64,000 bases of DNA from an uncultured delta proteobacterium (GTDB taxonomy: Bacteria; Desulfobacterota; Binatia; Binatales; Binataceae). Position numbers and translations under genes: made by a program. The notes below the pieces were generated by a model, which saw nothing but the letters and a program-made list of their open reading frames with translations, ran no database searches and had not been told where the DNA came from. Positions 1-10,389 of this stretch are shown piece after piece; the first letter of the stretch is position 1; each line of letters starts with the position of its first letter. The stretch spans positions 1,030,156 to 1,094,155 of the forward strand of contig CAWJFQ010000001.1 in NCBI GenBank assembly GCA_963842215.1, written 5' to 3'.

Positions 1-41
1 CATCCGCTGCTGCCTCATTAGGTGCTCAAGACCTGACACGC

Positions 42-1193
42 GTGTCAGGTCAATTGCGCCTCTTCACCGCCTGTACTACGCTGCGGTTCGCGCGAATCCC
101 GCGTTATCGAATGCTCGACCCTCGCGATATTGCACAACGGCTTTCCGCCTACCTGGGTGCGCCGATCACGCGCTTGAGTATCCTGGCTAGCGGATGGGAG
201 ACCACCGTCTTCGAATTCACACTCGAAGCGGAATCGAAATCGTTCGCCATCCCGGCCGGCGAACCGAAGGTTCTGCGCTTCTATCAAGGCTCGGCCGCCG
301 ACGCGAAAGGTGCCCGCGAACACGTCACCATTGATCGTCTGTTTGCCGCCGGGTACCCGGTGCCGCGTCCCTATGCCTTCGAAGGCGACCATCGCGCGCT
401 GGGCGCACCCTTCCTGATCATGCAGCGGCTGGCCGGCGGTCCGCTATTTACCGTCCGCAGCTTTCCAAACGCCTTCAAAACTTTTTCGATGGCATTTTTT
501 TCGTTCGTGCGAGCGCAGTCGAAACTCCACAAACTGGATCCCGCTAATGCGGCCCTATGCGAGATTCCGCATGCGTACGCGCCGATTGACGGCACCAGTT
601 CGGTTTCGCCTTTACTTGATCGGTTGCTCGCGATCATCGCCAATCGGGTGGACAACGGCCCACTGCCTGGTCTTCGCGAGGCCCTCAATCTCGTGACCGA
701 GCGCGCGGCCAGGTTCCGCAACAGCCGCGATTCGCTCGTCCACATGGACTACCATCCGCTCAACGTGATGGTGCAGGGCATGCGCGTGACCGGGGTGATC
801 GATTGGGTAAACACCGATGTCGGCGACCGGCATCTCGACGCTGCGATGACCGCTGTGATCCTGTCGTCGTCGGCGCTGGAGAAGCCGCGCTGGATGCGCG
901 ACAACCTGATCGGCAACGGCCTTCGCGCGAGCTTCGCGGCGCTGTACTTGCCGCTGTACCATGCGATGGCGCCGCTCGACTTTGATCGCTTTCGTTACTG
1001 CCAGGCCGTTGCCGCACTGCTGCGGCTCTCGATGCTCGGCATGATGCGCGCGCGCGGTCCCGAGGTCATGGGCTTCCGGCACGAGGCTATCGACGAAGTC
1101 ACGCCCGCGGTCGTCCGACTACTCAGCCGCTACGCCACCCGCAAGAGTGGTGCGGCAGTGCGACTCGATTCGGTCGCGGCTCAGCCCGCGTAA
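42..1193 (+). CDS. phosphotransferase enzyme family protein (APH / choline-kinase-like)
   Basis: 383-aa ORF. HMDYHPLNVMV ... VIDWVNTDVGDRHLD matches the catalytic-loop and DxD region of aminoglycoside/homoserine-kinase-type phosphotransferases. The true start may be an internal Met. Confidence 0.6.
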   Translation: MSGQLRLFTACTTLRFARIPRYRMLDPRDIAQRLSAYLGAPITRLSILASGWETTVFEFTLEAESKSFAIPAGEPKVLRFYQGSAADAKGAREHVTIDRLFAAGYPVPRPYAFEGDHRALGAPFLIMQRLAGGPLFTVRSFPNAFKTFSMAFFSFVRAQSKLHKLDPANAALCEIPHAYAPIDGTSSVSPLLDRLLAIIANRVDNGPLPGLREALNLVTERAARFRNSRDSLVHMDYHPLNVMVQGMRVTGVIDWVNTDVGDRHLDAAMTAVILSSSALEKPRWMRDNLIGNGLRASFAALYLPLYHAMAPLDFDRFRYCQAVAALLRLSMLGMMRARGPEVMGFRHEAIDEVTPAVVRLLSRYATRKSGAAVRLDSVAAQPA

Positions 1194-1209
1194 GCGGATA
1201 ATCAGATGG

Positions 1210-1503
1210 ATGCGAACCTGCTATGCGACTCCGCTGCTGCTGGCTGCCTGGTTCCTGATGCAGCCGCCGCCGGCTTTCCCGCCCGTGCAGGACGCAGCCG
1301 GCAATTACGAACTGACCAATGCTGCGCCGCTAACCCAGTGGGTCAAATTCAAAACTTTTGAATCCGAGCAGGCCTGCGTCGCGCAGCTACAGAGGATGCC
1401 ACCCTTCTACAAATGCATAGCGAGCGACGACCCGGCGCTAAAGCAGGCGGCTGGCGCTCCCATCACCTCGACGCTGACAGGCGCCATCGGTCACGCGCAA
1501 TAA
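1210..1503 (+). CDS. small secreted protein with conserved Cys pair (paralog of 39338-39694)
   Basis: Hydrophobic N-terminus (PLLLAAWFLMQPPPAFP). The motifs WFLMxPPxP, APLTQW, FESEQAC and CIASDDPALK are shared with the 39338-39694 ORF. Starts 17 nt after the upstream phosphotransferase gene. Confidence 0.45.
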   Translation: MRTCYATPLLLAAWFLMQPPPAFPPVQDAAGNYELTNAAPLTQWVKFKTFESEQACVAQLQRMPPFYKCIASDDPALKQAAGAPITSTLTGAIGHAQ

Positions 1504-1507
1504 CTCC

Positions 1508-4270
1508 TCACGCGCGAATCAATTCGCGCAGCACGAACGGCAGGATTCCACCGTGGCGAATATATTCGACTTCCTCGGGCGTATCGACGCGTAGCGTTAC
1601 CTCGAACTCTGTAGTCTTGCCGCTCGATTCCGCGCGCACGTTCAACGTCTGCCGCGGCTTGATTCCCGCCTTCAACCCGGTGATCGAATAGACTTCCTGA
1701 CCCGTCAGACCGAGCTTCTGTCGATTGTCGCCGCTCTTGAACTCCAGCGCGAGCACGCCCATGCCAATCAGGTTGCTGCGATGGATTCGCTCGAAGTTTT
1801 CCGCGATTACCGCGCGCACGCCGAGCAGTTGCACACCTTTGGCAGCCCAATCACGCGACGATCCCGTGCCGTATTCCTTGCCCGCGACCACGATTAGCGG
1901 AACTCCATCTTTGCGATAGCGCTCCGACGCGTCGAAAATGGTCATCTTCTCGCCGTCCGGCAGATGCACCGTGAAGCCGCCTTCGACGCCCGGCACCATC
2001 AGGTTCTTGAGCCGGATATTTGCGAGTGTCCCGCGCATCATCACTTCATGATTCCCGCGGCGCGCGCCGTACGAGTTGAAGTCCTTCGGCTGTACTCCGT
2101 GCTCGATAAGATACTTGCCTGCCGGGCTGTCAGCCCCGATCGAGCCCGCCGGCGAAATATGATCCGTCGTCACGCTGTCGCCGAGCACCGCCAGCGCGCG
2201 TGCTCCCGTGATATCGGTGAATTCGCCGACTTTGGCCGTCACCCCGTCGAAAAACGGCGGCGCCTTCACATACAGCGAATCCTCGGCCCAGCGGAACAGG
2301 TTGCCCTCCGGGACTTTGAGGCTCTTCCAGTGCTCGTCGCCTTCGAACACCTGCCCGTACTCGCTCTTGAACATCGACGCATGAACCGAACCGGTCACCG
2401 CCGCCGCGACTTCCTCCGCCGACGGCCAGATGTCGCGCAGAAACACCGGGCGTCCATCGGAACCCGTGCCCAGCGGCTGATGCTCGACGTCGATATCCAT
2501 CGTGCCGGCAATCGCATAGGCGACCACCAACGGCGGCGACGCCAGGTAATTGAATCGCACCACCGGATTGATGCGCCCCTCGAAATTGCGATTGCCGCTA
2601 AGTATGGCGCAGGCCACCAGGTTGCCCTGCTTGACCGCACCTGCAATCCCTTCCGCTATCGGCCCGCTGTTGCCGATACAGGTCGTGCAGCCGTAGCCGA
2701 CCAGGTTGAAGCGCAGCTTCTCGAGCGGCTCAATCAACCCCGCGTGCTTGAGATATTGCGTGACGACCTTCGATCCCGGGGCGAGGCTGGTCTTCACCCA
2801 CGGCTTGACCGTGAGCCCGCGCGCCACCGCCTTCTTCGCAAGAATCCCCGCCGCCAGCATCACCGACGGATTCGAAGTGTTGGTGCAACTGGTTATAGCG
2901 GCAATCACGATCGAGCCATGCGTCAATGGAAAGTGCCCTTCCTCGGAATGCACCTCGACCTTGTGAGCGATATGGCCGAGCTTCGATTCGAGAACCGTGT
3001 CCACGCCCGCCGAGGCGCTGTTGCCGCCTTCCGCCACCCACTTTGCCAGCGCCTCGCGATCGACGCTCGGATGCTCCTCGAATTCTTTGGCTAGCTCGCG
3101 ACGGAAGTCGCCCTTGGCCGCAGTGAGCGCGACTCGATCCTGAGGACGGCGGGGACCCGCCATGCTCGGCACCACGCTGCCGAGATCGAGCTCGAGCGTA
3201 TCGGAAAACTTCGGCTCGGGCGCATCGGGCGAGTAGAACAATCCCTGCGCCTTGCAATAGCCCTCGATCAGTTTGATCTGACTATCGCTGCGCCCGGTCA
3301 GCAGCAGATAAGCGAGGGTCTGCTGGTCGACCGGGAAATATCCGACCGTCGCGCCATACTCGGGCGACATGTTGCCGAGCGTCGCGCGATCGGCGACCGG
3401 CAACGACGCCAGCCCGGGCCCGAAGTATTCCACGAACTTGCCGACCACGCCTTTCTTGCGCAGCATCTGCGTGACGGTCAGCACCAGGTCGGTCGCGGTC
3501 GCGCCGGGACGCAGGCTGCCCGCAAGACGAAAGCCGATCACTTCGGGAATCAACATCGGCATCGAGCGCCCGAGCATCGCCGCTTCGGCCTCGATCCCGC
3601 CGACGCCCCATCCGAGCACGCCAAGCCCGTTGATCATCGTGGTATGCGAATCGGTGCCAATCACCGTGTCGGGATATGCCTCGCCGTTGTTCGACGAGAA
3701 AACCACCGGCGCGAGATATTCGAGATTTACCTGGTGAACGATGCCGGTGTCGGGCGGCACCACGCGAAAGTTGTCGAAGGCGCCCTGCCCCCATCGCAAA
3801 AAAAGATAGCGCTCCTGGTTGCGCTCGAACTCCAGCTCCGCGTTATCCGCAAACGCCCTGGAGCTGCCGAATGAATCGACTTGCACCGAATGATCGATCA
3901 CCAGGTCGACCGGTTGCAGCGGACTGATCTTGTCGGGATTGCCGCCGAGCTTCATGATCGCATCGCGCATCACCGCCAGATCGGCCACCACCGGCACTCC
4001 GGTGAAATCCTGCAGCAACACGCGCGCCGGCATAAACGAGACCTCGCGTTCCCCGCCCTTGCCGTTCCATTTGGCCAGCGCTTCGATTTGCCCGGTCGTC
4101 ACGATCACGCCGTCCTCGCGCCGCAGCACGTTTTCGATCATCACCTTGATCGAATACGGCATCCGCGCCAGCGAGAAGCCGTGCTTCTCGAGCGCCTCGA
4201 GCTTGTAAATGGTGTAACTCTTGCCATCAACCGTAAGCGTCGAACGAGCACCGAAACTGTTAGTCGCCAT
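1508..4270 (-). CDS. acnA: aconitate hydratase A
   Basis: About 920 aa, starting MATNSFGARSTLTVDGKSYTIYKLEAL (internal Met of the 945-aa ORF). Full-length collinear aconitase with a SGNRNFEGR-type region and Fe-S ligand cysteines. Confidence 0.9.
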   Translation of the reverse strand: MATNSFGARSTLTVDGKSYTIYKLEALEKHGFSLARMPYSIKVMIENVLRREDGVIVTTGQIEALAKWNGKGGEREVSFMPARVLLQDFTGVPVVADLAVMRDAIMKLGGNPDKISPLQPVDLVIDHSVQVDSFGSSRAFADNAELEFERNQERYLFLRWGQGAFDNFRVVPPDTGIVHQVNLEYLAPVVFSSNNGEAYPDTVIGTDSHTTMINGLGVLGWGVGGIEAEAAMLGRSMPMLIPEVIGFRLAGSLRPGATATDLVLTVTQMLRKKGVVGKFVEYFGPGLASLPVADRATLGNMSPEYGATVGYFPVDQQTLAYLLLTGRSDSQIKLIEGYCKAQGLFYSPDAPEPKFSDTLELDLGSVVPSMAGPRRPQDRVALTAAKGDFRRELAKEFEEHPSVDREALAKWVAEGGNSASAGVDTVLESKLGHIAHKVEVHSEEGHFPLTHGSIVIAAITSCTNTSNPSVMLAAGILAKKAVARGLTVKPWVKTSLAPGSKVVTQYLKHAGLIEPLEKLRFNLVGYGCTTCIGNSGPIAEGIAGAVKQGNLVACAILSGNRNFEGRINPVVRFNYLASPPLVVAYAIAGTMDIDVEHQPLGTGSDGRPVFLRDIWPSAEEVAAAVTGSVHASMFKSEYGQVFEGDEHWKSLKVPEGNLFRWAEDSLYVKAPPFFDGVTAKVGEFTDITGARALAVLGDSVTTDHISPAGSIGADSPAGKYLIEHGVQPKDFNSYGARRGNHEVMMRGTLANIRLKNLMVPGVEGGFTVHLPDGEKMTIFDASERYRKDGVPLIVVAGKEYGTGSSRDWAAKGVQLLGVRAVIAENFERIHRSNLIGMGVLALEFKSGDNRQKLGLTGQEVYSITGLKAGIKPRQTLNVRAESSGKTTEFEVTLRVDTPEEVEYIRHGGILPFVLRELIRA

Positions 4271-4392
4271 TGATCGAGCCCTACCCTCCTGCTGCGAGAA
4301 TGAAAGTGAAACTCGACGCGGGTCAGGTCCCGCGCCCATCATCATTCGATTCGATTTGCTATGCGTTCAGAATAGCGCGCGAGCGCGCGCAA

Positions 4393-4887
4393 TCAACCGG
4401 CTGAAGTTGGCGGTTGCGTTTTCTGCGGCGCGCGCATCGCGTAGATTCGCGTAATCGCCACTTCGATTTCGATTACGCGTCGCTGCCTGCCGCTCTGACC
4501 GGGCCGCGCGTCGCGAGTCGAACCGGATATTTCGCGCGCCCGCCCATAAACGATCACGGCGGCACCCTGGTCGTTCCAGGTGGTAAAGCCGACCCGCGGA
4601 TTGCGCGCGAGATCGGCCCGCCGCACCGTGTTGTCGTAAATCACCAGCTTGAGCATGGTGCCCGCAATCTGCGCATGCACCGGCGCCAGGTGCGGCTGGC
4701 CCTTGTCGCCGACCGTCGCCATCGCGACCAGTCTGACGCTGCTCCACAACTCGACGAACTCCGCCGCCGACATCTGGCGCGCGGGATAGGCGACCGAGTC
4801 GGCCACCGACGGCGAGGCCGACCTTGTACTGCGCTCGATGATCGCCTGCAGACCGGCAAGGTCGGCGGCGTTATCTTCATGTGTCAC
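4393..4887 (-). CDS. pyridoxamine 5'-phosphate oxidase-like split-barrel flavoprotein (FMN/F420-binding family)
   Basis: 164 aa. Resembles the PNPOx-like / F420H2-dependent reductase fold family (…VRLVAMATVGDKGQPHLAPV…VGFTTWNDQGAAVIVYGRA…). An F420 biosynthesis cluster lies elsewhere in the window. Confidence 0.5.
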   Translation of the reverse strand: MTHEDNAADLAGLQAIIERSTRSASPSVADSVAYPARQMSAAEFVELWSSVRLVAMATVGDKGQPHLAPVHAQIAGTMLKLVIYDNTVRRADLARNPRVGFTTWNDQGAAVIVYGRAREISGSTRDARPGQSGRQRRVIEIEVAITRIYAMRAPQKTQPPTSAG

Positions 4888-7800
4888 TTTAACTTAGCCT
4901 GGCGCGAGCGCGCCGGCGCCGGCCCATGCAAGCCGTCGAAAACGAGCGATCGCCCGTCCGAATGGAACCGCATCGCGGCCAGGACTCCCACCCGTGGCGA
5001 CTCGAGCGCCGCCACGCCATCGATCGTGTCGAGCGTGATTCGCGGCTTCAGCGTCATCAGGGCCGCAACCGCCGCACCGAAACTCTCGTCGTCGACTTCG
5101 CCGTCCCTACCGGTTATCATCGCACGCCCCTGCAATCCCGCGATCACCCGGCCCGCGCGAAGCACCACGACGTTGCCGGTCTCGCGCGCAATTCCGCAGC
5201 CTGGAATCACGGCTCCGTAAGGATTGCCTGGATCGATCGCGCTCAGCGCGACCGGTTTCTCGCGCGCTGGAATAAGATTGCGCGCCGCATGCAGCAGCTC
5301 GACCGCCTCGGGCAGCGCGTACTGCTCGCCGGAAAGCGATCGCACGAACCATCCGCGCCGAATCGCGCCGCCGTATTCCAGCCGCCGCAGCGCAAAGGCG
5401 ATCTCGTTCCACGATATATGCGTCGACTCTGTTCCGAGCATCTCGCGCGCGACAATCCCGTGACGCTCGAGCAACTTGAGCGCCAGCTCCCGCGTCTCAT
5501 CCGAACCGACCGCAGGAATTTCGGCGGCGCGGATCAATGACCAACGGCCCGCCAGGCTCGATTTCAGCCGCGCGCGAACCGCGGCGTCGTGACGGGTCAC
5601 CGGGCGCCTGGCTACAGACTCGAGTGCGCGCTCGGTGCTGCGGTCGTCGGCAAACATCCTGAGCGGCGCGAAGATGTCATTGCTGACGCGTCCCGCCGCC
5701 GCCATCCGCCACAACGCCGACAGTGCGTCGCGCTCCGAGATATTCGCGCGCTCCGCGACTTCATCGAGATACTGCGCGCCGGCGGCTCCCAGAGCCTCCA
5801 GCACCGCGCGCTCCTTCGCATCCGCGATCTCCGCTGGTTCGCGCGGCACGAACAGGCTGGCCTTGCGCGCAATGAAGGTGACCCGCGACGGGGTGTTCGC
5901 AGGGCGCGCGCCTTCGATATTCTCGCCCGGCACGGCGACCCATTTCATCTGGCCGCTCATGCAAACCAGGTCGAGCATCTCCGGCCGATAGCCTGCGATT
6001 CGCGCCGGCAGGATCGCATGCTCCCAAACCTCGGGCGTGGCCGCGATTCCCGACAGCTGCTCGAGCACGGCCGCGACTCCCGTTTGATCAGCCGACAGCT
6101 CGCCGTCGCCGATATGCATCCATCGCAGCCGGAACGCCGCATATTCATGATCCGCGCATGGCTCGATTTCCGCGCGCACGCGCGCCAGCGTCATCCGATG
6201 TATCCGTTCGAGACTGTAGCGGTCGCACCACTGCGTCACGTCAGCGCGCGTGAAATGACCGCGAAAAACCGCGCCCTGGCTCTCGAGCGCTGCGAGAGCC
6301 TGTTCGACGACCGAGTCGCTCATATGCAGTCGCGCGGTAACCTCACCGACAGTGGTGGGGCCGCAGGTCTTCAGCGCTCGGCGTACGAGCTCCGTGCGTG
6401 CGGCTTCCGCCTCGGCGCCCGCACCACTCGAATAGGCAGCCGCAAACAGCGCCTGGTCTTCGCTCGCAATGATTCGTTCCTGCGGATCGCCGTTCAAACT
6501 TATCCGCGCGGTTCTTGCTTCCGCGTCGAGCTCAGTCAGCATCGTGCGCGCACTCTCGCCCGAGCGCTCTTCGATCTCGGCGTAGGTCAGGCAGCCATGC
6601 GCACGAATCAATTCATACAGCTCGTCAGGCGAACGCGGTCTGCGTCCGGCGGCGCGGCCCGTCACCTCGGCGACGACGCTCTCGACTGCCTCCGCCGACA
6701 GCAGATCCGAAAGATCCTCTTTGCGGAACACGTCCTCGGCCATTCCGCGATTCATCGTGACTGTCCGCGAGCGGCGATTGGCGCGCTCGCCGTCGTCGAG
6801 GAATGAATAGTCCCACGCGAGCAACAGCCGATGGGCAAACACCGACGGCGCGATCCCGTCGACGGCGACCGTGCGAATCGCGCCGCTCTCGATTCCTTCG
6901 AGCATCCGCACCGTGCGCGGCAGGTCGGTCGATTCCTCGAGGCATTCGCGAATCGTTTCTTCGATCACAAAATGGTCGGGAAGCTCGATCGCGCCCGGCC
7001 GATTCTCGAAGCACGCCTGCTGCCCTGGAAAAATCGATGACAGCAGTTCCTGCGAGCGCATGCGCTGAATCCACGCCGGCACCTTCTTGCCGCGCGACGA
7101 GCGCATCACCGCCAGCGCGCGCGTCGCCACGTGGCGGAAGCGCACTTCGAACATCGGCGCGGCCAGCACCGCCTGGATCAATACGTCGCGCGCGTTGCGC
7201 GACTTGAGCATGCTGAAGAGAGTGTCGAGCGGAAAACTGTGGCGCGAATTGAGAGCCAGGAGCACGCCGTCGTCGATGGCCGAGGCCTGAATTTCAAAAT
7301 CGAACGATTGGCACAGGCGCTTTCGAAGCGCGAGACCGAGTCCGCGATTGAGGCGGATTCCGAACGGAGTGTGGATGACGATTTGCGTGCCGCCCAGGCC
7401 GTCGAAGAAGCGCTCGACCACGACAGTCTTCTCATCGGGAATCGCGCCGAGCGCCTCGACCCCGCGCCGCACGTAGTCGGCGGCCTGCGTCGCCGCGCGC
7501 TGCGTCATGGCGCATTCGCTCATCAGCCAGTCCTCAGCCGACTCGTTGCGTTCAAGCCGACTCCAGACCTGGTGGCGAAGATCGCTAATCTCTGCCGACA
7601 TGGCAGACGAGCGGCCGCCGGCCTCCGTCAGCCAGAACGGCAGCGTCGGCGCCATCCCCGGCGCCGGCTCGACCATCAGGCGCCCGCGCGAGCTGCGCAG
7701 AATCTGCCACGGCATCGAGCCGAGCGAGAACACGTCGCCACGCGACGACTCCTGCGCAAAGTCCTCTTCGACGTCGCCGATTTTTCGGCCCTCGGATTCG

Positions 7801-9371
7801 ATCACAACGTCATAGTTGCCGGCCTCGGGAATCGTGCCGCCGGATGTGATTACCGACAAGCGCGCGGAGCGGCGCGGGCGAACGCGCGCGTTGATGCGAT
7901 CGAAGAAAATCTTCGGTGCCGCGCCCATTATTCGCTCGGGCAGCTCGGCCGACAGTTGTTCGAGCAGGTGGCGCAGCTTGGCGGCGTCGAGATCAGAGAA
8001 GTTGTAGGCGCCGCGCAGTACCCGCAACAGTTCGGCTTCTGAGATTTCCTCGTCCTCGGCCGCGATTGCGACGATTTGCTGCGCCACGATATCGACGCAT
8101 CCCATCGGGATTTCCACTTCGTCGAGATGCCCCGCGCGAATCGCCCGAACCGCAGCGCCGCATTCGAGCAAATCGTCGGTGGTCAGCGCGAAAAAACGTC
8201 CCTTGGGGGTCGCGCCGAGGCTATGACCGGAGCGGCCCACGCGTTGAATCGCAGCCGAGATGGATTTGGGCGTATCGAGCTGGCATACCAGGTCGACCGC
8301 ACCGACGTCGATTCCCAGTTCTAGCGACGCCGTCGCGACTATCGCCTTCAGCTCGCCGCGTTTGAGCCGCTGTTCGGCGAGCAGCCGTTCGGCGCGCGCG
8401 AGGCTCCCATGATGCGCCATCACGGCGTCGGTCCCGAGCCGCTTCTGCAGATTTATGGCGACGCGCTCCGCCGTCCGCCGGCTCAGCGCGAAGACCAGCG
8501 TCGTGCGATGCTCCCCGATGAGCCGCGCGACTTCGTCGTACATTGCTTCCCAATGCGGATGCGTCGCCAGCGGTCCGAGCTCGGGGCCGGGTGCGATAAC
8601 CTGCAAATCCATGGTGCGCGCACGGTCGTGGGCGCGAACAATCTTCACCGGCCGCGGCGTCCGCGTGTTGTCTTGAGCAACGTCGAAGCCGGCCAGAAAT
8701 CCTGCCAGCTTTTCAATCGGATTCAAGGTCGCCGACAAACCGATTCGATTGGGACGCGCCTGCCCACGACTCATCACAAAGCGTTCGAGACGCTCCAGCG
8801 TCAGCGCGAGATGTGCACCGCGCTTGTTCCCGGCCAGAGCATGGAGCTCGTCGACGATCACGTGACGGACGGCGGCGAGTTTCTCGCGGAACTTCGGCGA
8901 GGTCAGCAGGATGAACAGCGACTCGGGCGTGGTGACGAGAATGTGCGGCGGGCGGCGAAGCATCGCGGTGCGCTCGCTCGCCGAAGTATCTCCGGTGCGA
9001 AGCCCGGCGCGGATACGCGACAGGTCGAGGCCCGATTCCACACCAACCTCGCGCACGCCACCGAGCGGCTCTTCGAGGTTCAGCCGGATGTCATTGGCGA
9101 GCGCCTTGAGCGGAGAAACATACAGGACAGAGACTTCGTCGCGCAGTCGATCATTCGCCGCGTCGAGCACGAGACCATTGATTGCCCACATGAAGGCGGC
9201 GAGCGTCTTGCCGCTGCCCGTCGGCGCGCACAGCAGAACGTCGAAGCCGGGAGCTTGGTTCGCGGCGCCAATGACAGGCCATCCAAGGTCCTGCGCGCGC
9301 GACGGCGCATCGAAGCGCCGCTCGAACCACGCGCGAACCGCAGGATGGAAGTCGTCAAGTGCTGAGGGCAT
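4884..9371 (-). CDS. lhr: Lhr-like ATP-dependent DEAD/DEAH-box helicase (large helicase-related protein)
   Basis: 1495 aa. Walker A LLCAPTGSGKTLAAF, a DEAH-type motif VIVDELH, helicase C-terminal motifs QRVGRSGH, and a long Lhr-type C-terminal extension. Confidence 0.8.
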   Translation of the reverse strand: MPSALDDFHPAVRAWFERRFDAPSRAQDLGWPVIGAANQAPGFDVLLCAPTGSGKTLAAFMWAINGLVLDAANDRLRDEVSVLYVSPLKALANDIRLNLEEPLGGVREVGVESGLDLSRIRAGLRTGDTSASERTAMLRRPPHILVTTPESLFILLTSPKFREKLAAVRHVIVDELHALAGNKRGAHLALTLERLERFVMSRGQARPNRIGLSATLNPIEKLAGFLAGFDVAQDNTRTPRPVKIVRAHDRARTMDLQVIAPGPELGPLATHPHWEAMYDEVARLIGEHRTTLVFALSRRTAERVAINLQKRLGTDAVMAHHGSLARAERLLAEQRLKRGELKAIVATASLELGIDVGAVDLVCQLDTPKSISAAIQRVGRSGHSLGATPKGRFFALTTDDLLECGAAVRAIRAGHLDEVEIPMGCVDIVAQQIVAIAAEDEEISEAELLRVLRGAYNFSDLDAAKLRHLLEQLSAELPERIMGAAPKIFFDRINARVRPRRSARLSVITSGGTIPEAGNYDVVIESEGRKIGDVEEDFAQESSRGDVFSLGSMPWQILRSSRGRLMVEPAPGMAPTLPFWLTEAGGRSSAMSAEISDLRHQVWSRLERNESAEDWLMSECAMTQRAATQAADYVRRGVEALGAIPDEKTVVVERFFDGLGGTQIVIHTPFGIRLNRGLGLALRKRLCQSFDFEIQASAIDDGVLLALNSRHSFPLDTLFSMLKSRNARDVLIQAVLAAPMFEVRFRHVATRALAVMRSSRGKKVPAWIQRMRSQELLSSIFPGQQACFENRPGAIELPDHFVIEETIRECLEESTDLPRTVRMLEGIESGAIRTVAVDGIAPSVFAHRLLLAWDYSFLDDGERANRRSRTVTMNRGMAEDVFRKEDLSDLLSAEAVESVVAEVTGRAAGRRPRSPDELYELIRAHGCLTYAEIEERSGESARTMLTELDAEARTARISLNGDPQERIIASEDQALFAAAYSSGAGAEAEAARTELVRRALKTCGPTTVGEVTARLHMSDSVVEQALAALESQGAVFRGHFTRADVTQWCDRYSLERIHRMTLARVRAEIEPCADHEYAAFRLRWMHIGDGELSADQTGVAAVLEQLSGIAATPEVWEHAILPARIAGYRPEMLDLVCMSGQMKWVAVPGENIEGARPANTPSRVTFIARKASLFVPREPAEIADAKERAVLEALGAAGAQYLDEVAERANISERDALSALWRMAAAGRVSNDIFAPLRMFADDRSTERALESVARRPVTRHDAAVRARLKSSLAGRWSLIRAAEIPAVGSDETRELALKLLERHGIVAREMLGTESTHISWNEIAFALRRLEYGGAIRRGWFVRSLSGEQYALPEAVELLHAARNLIPAREKPVALSAIDPGNPYGAVIPGCGIARETGNVVVLRAGRVIAGLQGRAMITGRDGEVDDESFGAAVAALMTLKPRITLDTIDGVAALESPRVGVLAAMRFHSDGRSLVFDGLHGPAPARSRQAKLK

Positions 9372-9409
9372 GCGGAAAAATATATCACCGGCATGCGACG
9401 GGGAAGAAA

Positions 9410-10234
9410 TTAATTTGAATCTGAGATCCGCCGGGAGGCTGCGCCTTGCGGGTCGTTCGAGAGCGTCAGAAACGGACGGAAAGTTCCGTATAGAGCTACC
9501 GCCGCCAGCAGTCCGAACGGCGCCAGCAACCCCAGCAGCGCCCAGTGCTGGATTGATACCCCGCCGGATACAGCGCCAGTCAGATAGGCCATCCAGAGGC
9601 CTAGAGTTAGTGCGGCGTGTTGCAAAGTAGGTATTCGGGGCGAAACCCTGAGTGCTTTCAACAGACGAGAGCGAAGGCGGCCGCGGGTTCGATCGCGCAG
9701 CCAGAACAGATATTCGGAGAAGCTCTCGGCGAACTTCACCAGTGAGCCGGTCACGAAGGTCGTGTACACGTTCAAGCCGCCGATGTTCCTGATGACGACG
9801 TTCTGTATGCCCATGGCGACGGCAAGCAGCGCGACCATCACGAAGAACTTGCCAGCCGGCTGTGGAGGAATGTCGGCTTTGAAATCGGTACCAATTGCGG
9901 CAGCGATGAAAACACCAATCAACAGCGCCTCGAGACCAATGGCGGGTGGAAATGGAACTTTGACTTTACGGCGCTTCTCGGCTTCGTAAATGAACGCTCC
10001 CAGCATCAGGCCGAATACAAACGATAGAATCGGCCATCCACGGCGGACGACGCCGGTCCACTCGAACGCCGACACGTGACGCGCCATCGCGATCGTGTTG
10101 CCGCTCATATTCGCCGTGTAGAGCCCGTAAAGGGAGATGAAGCCGACAAGATCTACGAAGCCCGCCGCCCACGACATCGCGAAAGCGAGATTGACCTTCT
10201 CGAAAGTAGTCAGCGGCTGGAGTGAGGGGCGCAA
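9410..10234 (-). CDS. YoaK/DUF1275-like polytopic membrane protein
   Basis: 274 aa with about 6 predicted TM helices. The N-terminal region (NLAFAMSWAAGFVDLVGFISLYGLYTANMSGNT) resembles the DUF1275 family. Confidence 0.4.
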   Translation of the reverse strand: MRPSLQPLTTFEKVNLAFAMSWAAGFVDLVGFISLYGLYTANMSGNTIAMARHVSAFEWTGVVRRGWPILSFVFGLMLGAFIYEAEKRRKVKVPFPPAIGLEALLIGVFIAAAIGTDFKADIPPQPAGKFFVMVALLAVAMGIQNVVIRNIGGLNVYTTFVTGSLVKFAESFSEYLFWLRDRTRGRLRSRLLKALRVSPRIPTLQHAALTLGLWMAYLTGAVSGGVSIQHWALLGLLAPFGLLAAVALYGTFRPFLTLSNDPQGAASRRISDSN

Positions 10235-10334
10235 CCCGGGTTACCTCAGCGATTAACCTATCATTGAGGTGGGACTGCTGGTGAAGCGGAAAAGGATCAA
10301 TAGGCGCCTGAAGGGCACCAGATGAGATCCCTCG

Positions 10335-10372
10335 GAAAAAGATACTAGCGCGAGGGAGCGGAGTAGCTCCCT
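10335..10372 (-). terminator. Rho-independent terminator downstream of the di-haem cytochrome gene
   Basis: Perfect 15-bp inverted repeat CTAGCGCGAGGGAGC-ggagta-GCTCCCTCGCGCTAG. On the minus strand it is followed by UAUCUUUUUCC, about 18 nt after the stop of the 10390-11814 gene. Confidence 0.55.
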
Positions 10373-10389
10373 CGCGCTAGCTGCGAGCG

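Noticed and set aside
4373-4392. GCGCGCGAGCGCGCGC palindrome between the PNPOx-like gene and acnA
   Set aside because: The self-complementary GC repeat has too short a loop for a stable terminator and no U-tract. It could be an operator but there is no supporting evidence.
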